Of a stretch of DNA of 64,000 bases, positions 32,120-41,977 are shown piece after piece (within the stretch, counting starts at the first letter, position 1; each line of letters starts with the position of its first letter). This DNA comes from an uncultured bacterium (lineage in GTDB: Bacteria > Bacillota_I > Bacilli_A > RFN20 > CAG-826). The DNA lies in the NCBI GenBank assembly GCA_949285665.1, contig CASDYC010000001.1:79709-143708 (forward strand). The letters are read 5' to 3'. Both the position numbers and the translations under genes were made by a program. Under the pieces are notes generated by a model that was not told the DNA's origin, did not search any database, and was given only the letters and a program-made list of their open reading frames with translations.

Positions 32120-32677
32120 CTATTTTAATTTTTTAGCCGATAAAACAACAGTTAAGTTTCGACCTTCTAAAACTGGTTGTTTTTCAATCTGTGAATAATC
32201 TTGTACGATAGTAATAAATTTTTGAAGAACTTCTTCGCCAACTTCTGTATGAGAAAGTTGTCTTCCACGAAATCTTACAACAACTCTAACTTTATTACCT
32301 TCCTCAAAAAATTCTTTTGCCTTTTTAGCTTTAATTTCTAAATCATGAATTCCGATTTGAGGCGTTAATTGAATTTCTTTAATTTCAATTACATGTTGTT
32401 TCTTTTTTGCTTCTTTTGCTTTCTTTTGATTTTGGAATCGGTATTTTCCATAATCAATTATTTTGCAAACTGGTGGGTTTGCTTTTGGTGCAACACATAA
32501 TAAATCTAATTCTTCCTCATAAGCTTTATCTAAAGCTTGTCTTCTTGTCATTTTACCAAGTTGTGTTCCATCTGAGTCAATAACAAGAACTTCTGGAAAT
32601 CTAATTGCTTCATTAACTAAATCACCATTATTTTTATCTGGTTTTCGTTGTTGGCTATTAAAATTCGTGGCTATAAT
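32120..32677 (-). CDS. infC: Translation initiation factor IF-3 with ATT start
   Basis: Frame extends 42 codons above the track's ATG (VNEAIRFPEVLVIDSDGTQLG) to ATT at 32677, 6 nt after AGGAGG. Confidence 0.95.
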   Translation of the reverse strand: MIATNFNSQQRKPDKNNGDLVNEAIRFPEVLVIDSDGTQLGKMTRRQALDKAYEEELDLLCVAPKANPPVCKIIDYGKYRFQNQKKAKEAKKKQHVIEIKEIQLTPQIGIHDLEIKAKKAKEFFEEGNKVRVVVRFRGRQLSHTEVGEEVLQKFITIVQDYSQIEKQPVLEGRNLTVVLSAKKLK

Positions 32678-32690
32678 CGTTTTCCTCCTA

Positions 32691-32815
32691 ATAAAAAAGT
32701 GGGTGTTTTAATACCCACTAAAAATTACAAATTAATAACAAATTTGTAGCTATCTACCAATTAATATAGTAATTAATCTGGTGATGAAGTGAGTACTTCA
32801 AACTTTCTACTTTAT
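32691..32815 (-). ncRNA. L20 leader (infC-rpmI-rplT attenuator)
   Basis: Minus strand GAAGTACTCACTTCATCACC and terminator AGTGGGTAT...ACACCCACT-TTTTT, matching the Firmicutes L20 leader layout. Confidence 0.78.
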
Positions 32816-32856
32816 GTACGTTTAATATTATAATAGATATTTTTTTACATTCAATA

Positions 32857-34776
32857 TTATTTTCTATCTTTTGGTAATTTTTTTGTTACAATATCTTCTT
32901 TAACTTTATTAACAAATTCACTTAATGGAATTGTAATTTCATCTTTTTGAGAATAAATACGATATGTTACTTTTTGATTATCTCTTTCTTTGTCACCAAT
33001 TACAACTGTGTAAGGTATTTTTTTGATTTGTGAATTTCTTAATTTATATCCAAGTTTTTCATTAGAATCATCTAATGTAACTCTAATATTTTCTTTTTCT
33101 AATTCTTCTTTAACCTTTAATGCATATTGTAAGTGGTGTTCGTTGTTTACAGTTAAGATACTAACTTGAACTGGTGCTAACCATGTTGGGAACGCACCAG
33201 CAAAGTTTTCAGTAATTATTCCAATAAATCTTTCAATGGATCCTAAAACAGCCCTATGAAGCATGATTGGTCTTACTTTTTCACCATGTTCATCAATATA
33301 AGTTAAATCAAATCTTTCTGGTAAGTTCATATCAAGTTGAATTGTGCCGCATTGCCAAATTCTATTCATTGAATCTTTTAATTTAAAGTCAAGTTTTGGT
33401 CCATAAAATGCACCATCACCTTCATTAATAATGAATTTTTTATTTGATTTTTTACAAGCTTCAGAAAGAATTCTTTCAGATTCATTCCAAATTTCAATAT
33501 CTCCGATGTATTTCTTTTCTGGTCTTGTTGATAATTCAATGTGATATTCTAGACCAAAAACAGAATAAATATCATCAAAGATCTTTAATAAATTAGAAAT
33601 TTCATCAATCAATTGATCTTTTCTAATAAAAATATGAGCATCATCTTGTGTAAATGTACGAACTCTAAATAAACCATTTAAAGCGCCACTTGCTTCATGT
33701 CTGTGAACTAATCCTAATTCACCAAGTCTTATTGGTAAATCTTTATAAGAATGAATTGAATTTTTATAAATTAACATACCACCTGGACAATTCATTGGCT
33801 TAATTGCAAATTCTTTTTCATCAATTGTAGAAGTGTACATATTATCTTTATAATTATCCCAGTGACCAGAAATTATCCATAATTCTTTTGATAACATTGT
33901 TGGAGTTTTACAAAAAACATAACCATGTTTTTGGTGATAATCATACCAGAAATTTTCCAATTCTCTTCTTAAAATCATTCCGTTTGGAAGCCAGAATGGG
34001 AAACCTGGTCCATATTCAGAAAGCATGAATAAACCCAATTCTTTTCCAAGTTTACGATGATCTCTCTTTTTTCTTTCTTCTAACATTAATAAGTATTTAT
34101 TTAGATTTTCTTGTTCATAAAAAGAAATACCATAAATTCTTGTCAATTGTTTATTTTTAATATCACCTCTCCAATAAGCACCAGCAATACTTAAAAGTTT
34201 GAAATTTTTAATATAAGATGTGTTTGGCAAATGAATTCCATGACATAAATCAGTAAAACTTCCTTGAGTATAAATTGTGATTTCATCATTAATTCCATTT
34301 ATTAATTCAATTTTATATGGATCATTTTTAAATATTTCTAATGCTTCTTGTTTACTAACGACTTGTCTTTTAAAATTATTATTTTCTTTAGCTAATTTTT
34401 TCATTAAAGATTCAATTTTAGCTAAATCTTCTTCTTTTAATTGATAGTCATTAAAATCAACATCATAGTAAAATCCTTCATCAATTGCTGGGCCAAATCC
34501 TAATTTTGCATCTGGAAACAATTTTAAAATTGCTTCAGCCATCAAATGAGAAGTAGAGTGATTTAATATTTCAAATGCTACTTTGTCATCATCGCTTTTA
34601 TAGATAAATTCAATTTCATCTCCATCATTTAATAAAGTTGACATATCAAATAATTGATTATTTTTCTTATAAGCAATTATGTTTTTATGGTGCTCTTGAT
34701 CAAAGCTTTTTGCAACTTGAAAACCATTTACTTGATTTTCAAATTCAAATGATTGATTTTTTACAAATACTTCCAT
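32857..34776 (-). CDS. thrS: Threonine--tRNA ligase
   Basis: HSTSHLMA, RDHRKLG, KPMNCP, GLFRVRTFTQDDAH, FYGPKLD. Confidence 0.98.
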   Translation of the reverse strand: MEVFVKNQSFEFENQVNGFQVAKSFDQEHHKNIIAYKKNNQLFDMSTLLNDGDEIEFIYKSDDDKVAFEILNHSTSHLMAEAILKLFPDAKLGFGPAIDEGFYYDVDFNDYQLKEEDLAKIESLMKKLAKENNNFKRQVVSKQEALEIFKNDPYKIELINGINDEITIYTQGSFTDLCHGIHLPNTSYIKNFKLLSIAGAYWRGDIKNKQLTRIYGISFYEQENLNKYLLMLEERKKRDHRKLGKELGLFMLSEYGPGFPFWLPNGMILRRELENFWYDYHQKHGYVFCKTPTMLSKELWIISGHWDNYKDNMYTSTIDEKEFAIKPMNCPGGMLIYKNSIHSYKDLPIRLGELGLVHRHEASGALNGLFRVRTFTQDDAHIFIRKDQLIDEISNLLKIFDDIYSVFGLEYHIELSTRPEKKYIGDIEIWNESERILSEACKKSNKKFIINEGDGAFYGPKLDFKLKDSMNRIWQCGTIQLDMNLPERFDLTYIDEHGEKVRPIMLHRAVLGSIERFIGIITENFAGAFPTWLAPVQVSILTVNNEHHLQYALKVKEELEKENIRVTLDDSNEKLGYKLRNSQIKKIPYTVVIGDKERDNQKVTYRIYSQKDEITIPLSEFVNKVKEDIVTKKLPKDRK

Positions 34777-34794
34777 AATTTTCCTCCTAAATAT

Positions 34795-35013
34795 AAAAAC
34801 CCTTATGTAATACTACATAAGGGCGAAATTTTTCCGTGTTACCACCTTAATTCCAATAAAATTATTGGCTCTCATCATGCTTTTAACGCAAGCGTTACGA
34901 CAAAATTACTTTTGATGCTCCAAAGTGGTAATTATATATTTATCATTTAAGACTTTCACCAAACTCTTAATCGCTGTGTTGAATCAATATATAATCATGT
35001 CTTTTTCAACGCA
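34795..35013 (-). ncRNA. T-box riboswitch, Thr specifier
   Basis: AATTAAGGTGGTAACACG at 34852-34835; specifier ACC at 34929-34927; terminator CCCTTATGTAG...ACATAAGGG-TTTTT. Confidence 0.9.
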
Positions 35014-35050
35014 CAATTATTATAATATAGTATAAAAAATAATCAATATA

Positions 35051-35887
35051 TTATTTTATATAATTAAAGCAAGCATAAGCAGCTCCAATTAATCCAGCTT
35101 GTTGACGGAATTTTGCTAAAAATAATTTAACGTTAGTATTCATGTTTTTTAAATCATCAAAGAAATATTCTTGAGATTTGATGACACCACCTGAAATAAC
35201 AATGACATCAACTTGAAAATATTTTTTAATAAATTGAATTAAATAAGTTAAATTATTTAGCCATAATTTATATACTTTTAAAGCATTTTTATTATTTTGA
35301 GATTTAAGTAAGAAAAATTCCTGAGCATTTTTAACATTTAATTTATTTAATTTACACAAATTTAATAATCCATTTCCAGAATTAAGTTTTTCAAATTCAT
35401 AATATTTATTTTTATATTTAATATTAGTATGACCAATTTCATCATCCGGAATGACAATTTTTCCATCTTTTACTAAAGCTCCTCCGACTCCTGTTGAAAT
35501 AGTTATAAAAAATGTTGATTTATAACCTTTTCCAGCACCGATACATCCTTCTCCTAAAGCCGCAACTTGAGCATCATTTAAAACAATAGTAGGCAAGAGG
35601 AGTTTAGAATTAATATATTCGGCAAGTGGGAGATCTTTAATTCCAACATTTGGAAGTTCACTTACATAACCTTTAAAATCAACTGGACCAGGAACACCCA
35701 TTGTAATTCCAACTGTATTTTCGTTTGGTGATATTTCTTTAATTATGTTTTCAATTTCGCTTAAAAATACTTCACGAGATCCAACTTGAGTTTGTTTAAT
35801 TAAAACTTTTTCAACTTCATAATTTTCGTTAATTAAAGCGCAACGAAGATTAGTTCCTCCAATATCTAAACAAATAGCATTTTTCAT
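35051..35887 (-). CDS. ROK-family sugar kinase (glucokinase-like)
   Basis: LDIGGT, GVPGPVD, NDAQVAALGE, ISTGVGG, EIGH. Confidence 0.88.
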   Translation of the reverse strand: MKNAICLDIGGTNLRCALINENYEVEKVLIKQTQVGSREVFLSEIENIIKEISPNENTVGITMGVPGPVDFKGYVSELPNVGIKDLPLAEYINSKLLLPTIVLNDAQVAALGEGCIGAGKGYKSTFFITISTGVGGALVKDGKIVIPDDEIGHTNIKYKNKYYEFEKLNSGNGLLNLCKLNKLNVKNAQEFFLLKSQNNKNALKVYKLWLNNLTYLIQFIKKYFQVDVIVISGGVIKSQEYFFDDLKNMNTNVKLFLAKFRQQAGLIGAAYACFNYIK

Positions 35888-35888
35888 A

Positions 35889-37343
35889 TTAAATATCCTT
35901 TAATTCAGGAACATATACAATTCTCATGAAATTGGTATTTCCACTTCCAGTTGGTGTGCCACCTGCAACAATAATTGTAGAACCAGCTTTTAGACCATAT
36001 TTCATAGCATTTGAAAGTGCGATAACTTCCATTTCTTCAATGAAATCAGGCATAATTTTTGTTGGAATATAACTTGCAAAAACACCCCAATAAACACCTA
36101 AATTTTCAGCAGTGTTCTTATTATTTGTTACAGCAATAATTGGACAACATGGTCTTGCTTTTGAAATTCTAAAAGCAGTACGGCCAGTTTCAGTAAAACA
36201 TACAATTAATTTTGCTCCGATTAATAAAGCTGTATTTGCAATTGAATTTGCGATGGCATCGTTATTATCTTTATTTGAAGTATCATATGCTTCTTGAGCT
36301 AATTTTTCATAATCAAGATATTTTTCCATCTTATGAGCAATTTTTGCTTGCATTGAACAAGCTTCAACTGGATAAAGACCATTTGCAGATTCTCCAGATA
36401 ACATAACAGCATCGCTTGATTCAGAAACGGCAGTAGCAACATCACTAACTTCAGCTCTAGTTGGATTTGGATTTGAAATCATGGAATCAAGCATTTGAGT
36501 AGCAGTAATAACTGGTTTTCCTAAATTTCTACATTTTTTAATTAAATCAATTTGAATAATTGGAACATCTTCAGCTTGGACTTCAACACCTAAATCACCT
36601 CTTGCAACCATTATTCCGTCAGATTCTTTGACAATTTCATCAAGGCAAGTTAATGCTTCTTGGTTTTCAATTTTTGAAATGATTTTAATATTTTCTTTAC
36701 CATTGTCTTTTAAAATTTTTCTAATTGCTTTAATATCTTCGGGTGATCTAATGAAACTTGCAGAAATATAATCGACATTATTTTTACAACCAAAAATTAA
36801 ATCATTTTTATCTTTTTCAGAAATGAATGGTAAAGACAAGTGAACTCCAGGAATATTTACTCCTCTTTTATCTTTAATAGTATGAGTGTTTAAAGCTTGA
36901 GTAATTAATTCTCTTTTTTCTTGATCTTTATCAATAACTTTCAACTCTAATTTTCCATCATCTAATTTAATTATATTTCCGATTTCAACATCATCATATA
37001 AATCTGTAAACGTGACAGAAAATTTATTTTCATCCCCTAAACATTCTTTCATTAAGATTCTAACAATTGATTTATCTTTAATTGTAGCTAGACCATTTAC
37101 AAATTTTCCGGTTCTAATCTCCGGTCCCTTTGTATCTAACATAATTGGAACACAAATATTTTCTTCTTTTTCAATTTTTCTAATTAAATCAATTTTCTTT
37201 TGGTGTTCAACATAATCACCGTGAGAAAAGTTAATTCTCATAACAGACATACCTGCTTTAATTAATTTTTTAAGTGTTTCCTTGTTATCGCTTGCTGGTC
37301 CAATTGTACAAACTATTTTAGTATTTCTTGTGATGTTATACAT
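35889..37343 (-). CDS. pyk: Pyruvate kinase
   Basis: TKIVCTIGPAS, DTKGPEIR, MVARGDLG, TQMLDSM, PTRAEVSD. Confidence 0.98.
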   Translation of the reverse strand: MYNITRNTKIVCTIGPASDNKETLKKLIKAGMSVMRINFSHGDYVEHQKKIDLIRKIEKEENICVPIMLDTKGPEIRTGKFVNGLATIKDKSIVRILMKECLGDENKFSVTFTDLYDDVEIGNIIKLDDGKLELKVIDKDQEKRELITQALNTHTIKDKRGVNIPGVHLSLPFISEKDKNDLIFGCKNNVDYISASFIRSPEDIKAIRKILKDNGKENIKIISKIENQEALTCLDEIVKESDGIMVARGDLGVEVQAEDVPIIQIDLIKKCRNLGKPVITATQMLDSMISNPNPTRAEVSDVATAVSESSDAVMLSGESANGLYPVEACSMQAKIAHKMEKYLDYEKLAQEAYDTSNKDNNDAIANSIANTALLIGAKLIVCFTETGRTAFRISKARPCCPIIAVTNNKNTAENLGVYWGVFASYIPTKIMPDFIEEMEVIALSNAMKYGLKAGSTIIVAGGTPTGSGNTNFMRIVYVPELKDI

Positions 37344-37355
37344 AATGTCATCCCC

Positions 37356-38309
37356 TTAATTTAAATTATCAATAACTTCAACTAATTCATTAGAAACTAA
37401 TGTTTCCTTTTTTAATGCATCAAGAATATCTTCATAAACAATCTTGTTTTCTTTTATTCCAACACAAACCCCGGTAATATTTTGAGATAAAAGTTTAACA
37501 GCGTAGTATCCCATTTTTGTAGCTAAAACTTTTTCCATTGCAGAAGGAATGCCGCCTCTTTGAGTGTGACCAAGGATTGTTAATCTTGCGTCCCAATCAG
37601 TATTTTCTTGAATATCTTGTAATAATTTATTTGTATCTATTGTTTTTTCAGCAACAACAACTAAAGAAAATATTTGACCATTTTCTTTCATTTTATTTAA
37701 TCTTTTTACGACATCTTCATTAGATATCATATGATTTTTTGAAATTACTAAATCAGCACCAGTTGCAATTGCACTATATAAAGCTAAATCATCACAATGA
37801 TTGCCCATAACTTCAACTAACATGCAACGTGAATGGCTTCTCCCTGTATCTTTAATTTTTTCAATTTCTTCTACAATTGTATTTAATGATGTATCAAAAC
37901 CAATTGTAAAATCAGTACTAGAAATGTCATTGTCAATAGTTCCTGGTAAGCCAACACATTTAATTCCAAGTTCTTCAAGCTTTTTAGCTCCCATATATGA
38001 ACCATCACCACCAATTACAACAATAGCGTCGATATCGTGTTTTTTAAGTTGCTCAACGGCTTTTTTTCTAACTTCTAATTCTTTAAATTCTGGTAATCTA
38101 GCAGATCTAATAATAGTTCCGCCACGATTAATTATTTCATCAACATCATTTTTTGTTAATTTTTTGATGTTTCCATTTACCATACCTTTATAGCCATCAT
38201 AAATGGCAAAAACTTCAAAACCTTTGTTAATTGCAGCAAAAGTTACTGCTCTAATTGCGGCATTCATTCCTGGGGCATCGCCACCCGAAGTTAAGATTCC
38301 TATTTTCAT
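37356..38309 (-). CDS. pfkA: 6-phosphofructokinase
   Basis: TSGGDAPGMNAA, IGGDGS, GTIDND, EVMG, LGHTQRGG. Confidence 0.97.
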   Translation of the reverse strand: MKIGILTSGGDAPGMNAAIRAVTFAAINKGFEVFAIYDGYKGMVNGNIKKLTKNDVDEIINRGGTIIRSARLPEFKELEVRKKAVEQLKKHDIDAIVVIGGDGSYMGAKKLEELGIKCVGLPGTIDNDISSTDFTIGFDTSLNTIVEEIEKIKDTGRSHSRCMLVEVMGNHCDDLALYSAIATGADLVISKNHMISNEDVVKRLNKMKENGQIFSLVVVAEKTIDTNKLLQDIQENTDWDARLTILGHTQRGGIPSAMEKVLATKMGYYAVKLLSQNITGVCVGIKENKIVYEDILDALKKETLVSNELVEVIDNLN

Positions 38310-38420
38310 TATTTTGTCACTCCTAATTACTTAAATATATTAACATATTTTTTATATTTTTTTTAAAAATATAACAATTCATTTTATATTTCTTAAATCA
38401 TTTTATGTTAATATATTGTT

Positions 38421-39680
38421 ATGGAAAAAATTAATGAAGATTTTTTAATAAAATTAGATACAAATTCTATATTATCTAATATTGGAGAAATGATTATTGC
38501 AAAATTATATTTGCCAATAATTGGATGTAATGCTTTAAGCTTATATTTTTTATACACATATAAAATCCACTTAAACGAAAAAGAAAATGAATTAAGTGAT
38601 TTACTAATGTCTTTAAAATTTAATTTAGATGATTTTAATAACGCAAGAAAAATATTAGAAGCAGTAGGTTTAATTAAAAGTTATGTTAAAAACAATGTTT
38701 TATTAGAAGTTGTTTATTCTCCAAAATCTCCAATTAATTTTTTTGACGATGTTTTATTAAAAGGACTATTAGTAAGGTCGATCGGTTCAAATAAAGTTGA
38801 ACAAATTAAGGAAGAATTTTCAAATAAAATTGACAGAACTAATTTTAAAGAAATAACATCACGCTTTGATGAAGTATTTGATGTTGATGTAGATTCAAAT
38901 GATTTTGATTATAATCCTGAAAATAATGAGTTTCTTTTACAAGTTAAAACAAAAGATTCTCCAATGAATTTTGATTATGATTATTTTAAAAAAATAATTC
39001 AAGAAAAATATAAATTAAAAGATGATTTTTTTAAAAAAGAAGAACTTAAATATTTTGCAAAATTAGCTAATTTATATGGATTATCAGAAATTTTAATGGC
39101 TGATATTGTCATGAATTGTATCGATTTCTATTCAAAAGATAAAAAGATTGATTTAGATTTAGTAAAAAGTAAGTGTTATGATTCAATTGTTTTTGCAAAT
39201 ATCAAGAAACAAAAAACTAAAAAATATAAGATTTCAAGTTCAACTGATTTAGCTAAAAAAATTGATTATATGGAAAAACTTGATCCTTATAATTATTTAA
39301 AAATAAAACAAAATAATGTTAATCCAATACATTCAGATTTAAAAATATTGGAAAAATTAAAATTAGATTTAGGTTTAACAAATGGTGTTATTAATGCAAT
39401 TGTTGACTATACTTTAGAAAAAAATAAAGGATTACTTAACTTGAATTTTATGGAAAAAATAGGCGCGACTTTATTAAGAAATGATATAAATAGTGCTTAT
39501 GATTCAATTATGTTTTTACAAAAACTAAATTTTGAAAATAGTAAAAATTACACAACTAATATTGACAAAACAAATTCAAATAAAAATATTAATCAAGGCA
39601 ATAAAAAAGATACTGATAATGATGATAATAAAATATATACAACCGAAGAAATATTGAAGGCGTTAAACGATGAAGAGTGA
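38421..39680 (+). CDS. dnaB: Firmicutes replication initiation/membrane attachment protein DnaB
   Basis: LYLPIIG, ARKILEAVGLIKSY, C-terminal DnaB_2-like GLTNGVINAIVDY; directly upstream of dnaI. Confidence 0.8.
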   Translation: MEKINEDFLIKLDTNSILSNIGEMIIAKLYLPIIGCNALSLYFLYTYKIHLNEKENELSDLLMSLKFNLDDFNNARKILEAVGLIKSYVKNNVLLEVVYSPKSPINFFDDVLLKGLLVRSIGSNKVEQIKEEFSNKIDRTNFKEITSRFDEVFDVDVDSNDFDYNPENNEFLLQVKTKDSPMNFDYDYFKKIIQEKYKLKDDFFKKEELKYFAKLANLYGLSEILMADIVMNCIDFYSKDKKIDLDLVKSKCYDSIVFANIKKQKTKKYKISSSTDLAKKIDYMEKLDPYNYLKIKQNNVNPIHSDLKILEKLKLDLGLTNGVINAIVDYTLEKNKGLLNLNFMEKIGATLLRNDINSAYDSIMFLQKLNFENSKNYTTNIDKTNSNKNINQGNKKDTDNDDNKIYTTEEILKALNDEE

Positions 39681-40590
39681 AGAAATTGTTAAATTAATTG
39701 ATAATGAATTTTTATCTAAATTAAACGATAAACAAGAATCTAATCAAGATATTGTAAATAAAGCTTTAAAAAATGAAGATATAATTAGTTTTATAGAAAA
39801 AAATAATATATCCAATTTTGAAATTGCAAAAAATATTAATTTGTTTATTAATTATGATAATGAAACAAAAATATGCAAGAATTGCAGAGATTTTAATAGT
39901 TGTAAATTAAAAAATATGTGGTTTTGCCCAATTTTAAAATATGAAAATAAAACAATTTATTTAGAATATGACTTTTGTAAATTCTATAAAGAGATATCAT
40001 TAAGAAATTCTTTATTTTTAATAAATGATGTTCAATTCGATTTAAATGATTTAAAAAAATCGACTTTTGATGATTGTTCAAGTTCTAAATTAAATGTAAT
40101 AACAGAATTTTTTAAAGTTGTTAAAAAGAAAAAAGGAAACAAATTTTATTTTATATATGGTGACAAAAAAAGTGGTAAATCTTTTCTTGTTAGTAAATTT
40201 TTTAATGAATATTTAATGGAAAATCAAATTAATGGTATATATGCAGACTGTGTTTCGAGAATTCAAGAATTAAATGATTTATCATTTATTGACAAAATTA
40301 AATTTAATGATTTATTAAAAGAATATAAAACATGTTCGGTTTTAGTGTTAGATAATTTTTCATATTGTTCATTTAACGATTATAAAAGAGACACAATTTT
40401 AATTCCTATATTAAATGAAAGAATTAAAAATGGATTATTAACAATTATTATCAGTGATTACGATATAGAAAATACTATAAATAGTTTTTCAACTAAAGAT
40501 TATAAATCCTTAAAAAATAAATCTCTTATAAATGTATTGAAAAATGCATTTAAAGAGATGAAAATCGATGGAATTAAAGGGCTTTACTAA
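39670..40590 (+). CDS. dnaI: Helicase loader DnaI
   Basis: CKNC...C Zn motif, Walker A YGDKKSGKS, VLVLDN, KRDTILIPILNER. Confidence 0.8.
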   Translation: MKSEEIVKLIDNEFLSKLNDKQESNQDIVNKALKNEDIISFIEKNNISNFEIAKNINLFINYDNETKICKNCRDFNSCKLKNMWFCPILKYENKTIYLEYDFCKFYKEISLRNSLFLINDVQFDLNDLKKSTFDDCSSSKLNVITEFFKVVKKKKGNKFYFIYGDKKSGKSFLVSKFFNEYLMENQINGIYADCVSRIQELNDLSFIDKIKFNDLLKEYKTCSVLVLDNFSYCSFNDYKRDTILIPILNERIKNGLLTIIISDYDIENTINSFSTKDYKSLKNKSLINVLKNAFKEMKIDGIKGLY

Positions 40591-41977
40591 TTTTTATTAT
40601 TTGTTTTTTTAAGCTATTGAGATCCGTATTATTTTTTAAAATAATTGCATCATCAGAAATTTTAAAGTTATTATTCTTAAAATAAAGTTCATAGTCTGCT
40701 AATGGATTTTTTGAGCCTCTTAATTTCAACCTTTCTAATATGGTTTCTTTATTAGATTCTACATATATTATCTTTTTAAAAAGATATTGCAAATGTGCCT
40801 TAAAAAGGAGTGGAATTTCAATTATAAGAGTATTATTAGAATTTTTAATTTCATTAATTAAAACATTTTCAACAAATGGAAATATTAAATTTTCCAAATT
40901 TTCATGTAAAATTTCATCTTGAGAGATAAATTGTCTCATAATTGAATAATTTAATTTATTTTTGTTTTTATCTAATACTTTATAAAAAAATAGTCGATTA
41001 ATTTTTTGTTTTAATTCATCATTATTTTCGTATAAATTTTTTACTATTTTATCACAAGAAAGTGTCTTAAAGCCAAGTTCATTAAATATTTTTAAACATT
41101 CACTTTTTCCAGAACCAATGATTCCAGTTATACCAACGGCTTTTTTAAGTTCGTAATTTATTTGACAATTTGGGCAAAAAGTAGTTCCTCTACCATTTAA
41201 AAATATTTTATGAAATAAAGTCCCGCAATTTGGACAAGGTTTTCCATAATGTCCATAACAAACTAGTTCATTTTGAAATTTTCCATCAATTCCATCTTTT
41301 GGATGATAAGATTTAATAGTTGAACCACCTAAATTTATTGCTTTTGTTAGAGTAGATTTTGATATTGAGACAATTTCTTTGAATTTTTCAAAAGAAATAT
41401 CTTTTCCTTTTGTTAAAGGATTAATTTTTGCTTTAAATAATATTTCATCAGCATAAATATTTCCAATGCCACAAATTATATTTTGATCCATTAATAATTC
41501 TTTAATTGGTTTATTTTTAGTTATTTTTTTATAAATATTTCCAATATTATTTTCATCTATTTTAAAAGGTTCTGGTCCAAGATTAGAAAGTGGTTTTGAA
41601 GTTAAATAATTAGAAGTTGTTTTTAATTCCATTATTCCAAATTTTCTTGTATCATGATAAACAAGTTTAGTATTATCATAAAAATAAAAAATTACACAAG
41701 AGTGAGGCGGATTTTTTTCTTCATAGTTAAGTAATGAATATTTACCTTCCATTCTTAAATGAGAAATTAAAATGAGATTATTTGTTAAATGAAATATTAT
41801 AAATTTCCCTAATGGTTCAACTTTTATAATACTTTGATCTTTTAAGTTTTCTTTAAAAAAATTTAAATCATTTTGAACAATTCTTTCATAAATAATTTCT
41901 ATATTTTTAATTTTTTTGCCAATTACTTCTTTATTTAATATGGCAACAACAGTTCTAACCTCTGGTAATTCTGGCAT
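40574..41977 (-). CDS. mutM: Fused formamidopyrimidine-DNA glycosylase (MutM) / dephospho-CoA kinase (CoaE)
   Basis: MPELPEV, HLRMEG, GIGNIYADE and Zn finger CPNC..CPNCQ, then in frame VGITGIIGSGKS and IEIPLLF. Confidence 0.9.
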   Translation of the reverse strand: MPELPEVRTVVAILNKEVIGKKIKNIEIIYERIVQNDLNFFKENLKDQSIIKVEPLGKFIIFHLTNNLILISHLRMEGKYSLLNYEEKNPPHSCVIFYFYDNTKLVYHDTRKFGIMELKTTSNYLTSKPLSNLGPEPFKIDENNIGNIYKKITKNKPIKELLMDQNIICGIGNIYADEILFKAKINPLTKGKDISFEKFKEIVSISKSTLTKAINLGGSTIKSYHPKDGIDGKFQNELVCYGHYGKPCPNCGTLFHKIFLNGRGTTFCPNCQINYELKKAVGITGIIGSGKSECLKIFNELGFKTLSCDKIVKNLYENNDELKQKINRLFFYKVLDKNKNKLNYSIMRQFISQDEILHENLENLIFPFVENVLINEIKNSNNTLIIEIPLLFKAHLQYLFKKIIYVESNKETILERLKLRGSKNPLADYELYFKNNNFKISDDAIILKNNTDLNSLKKQIIKISKAL

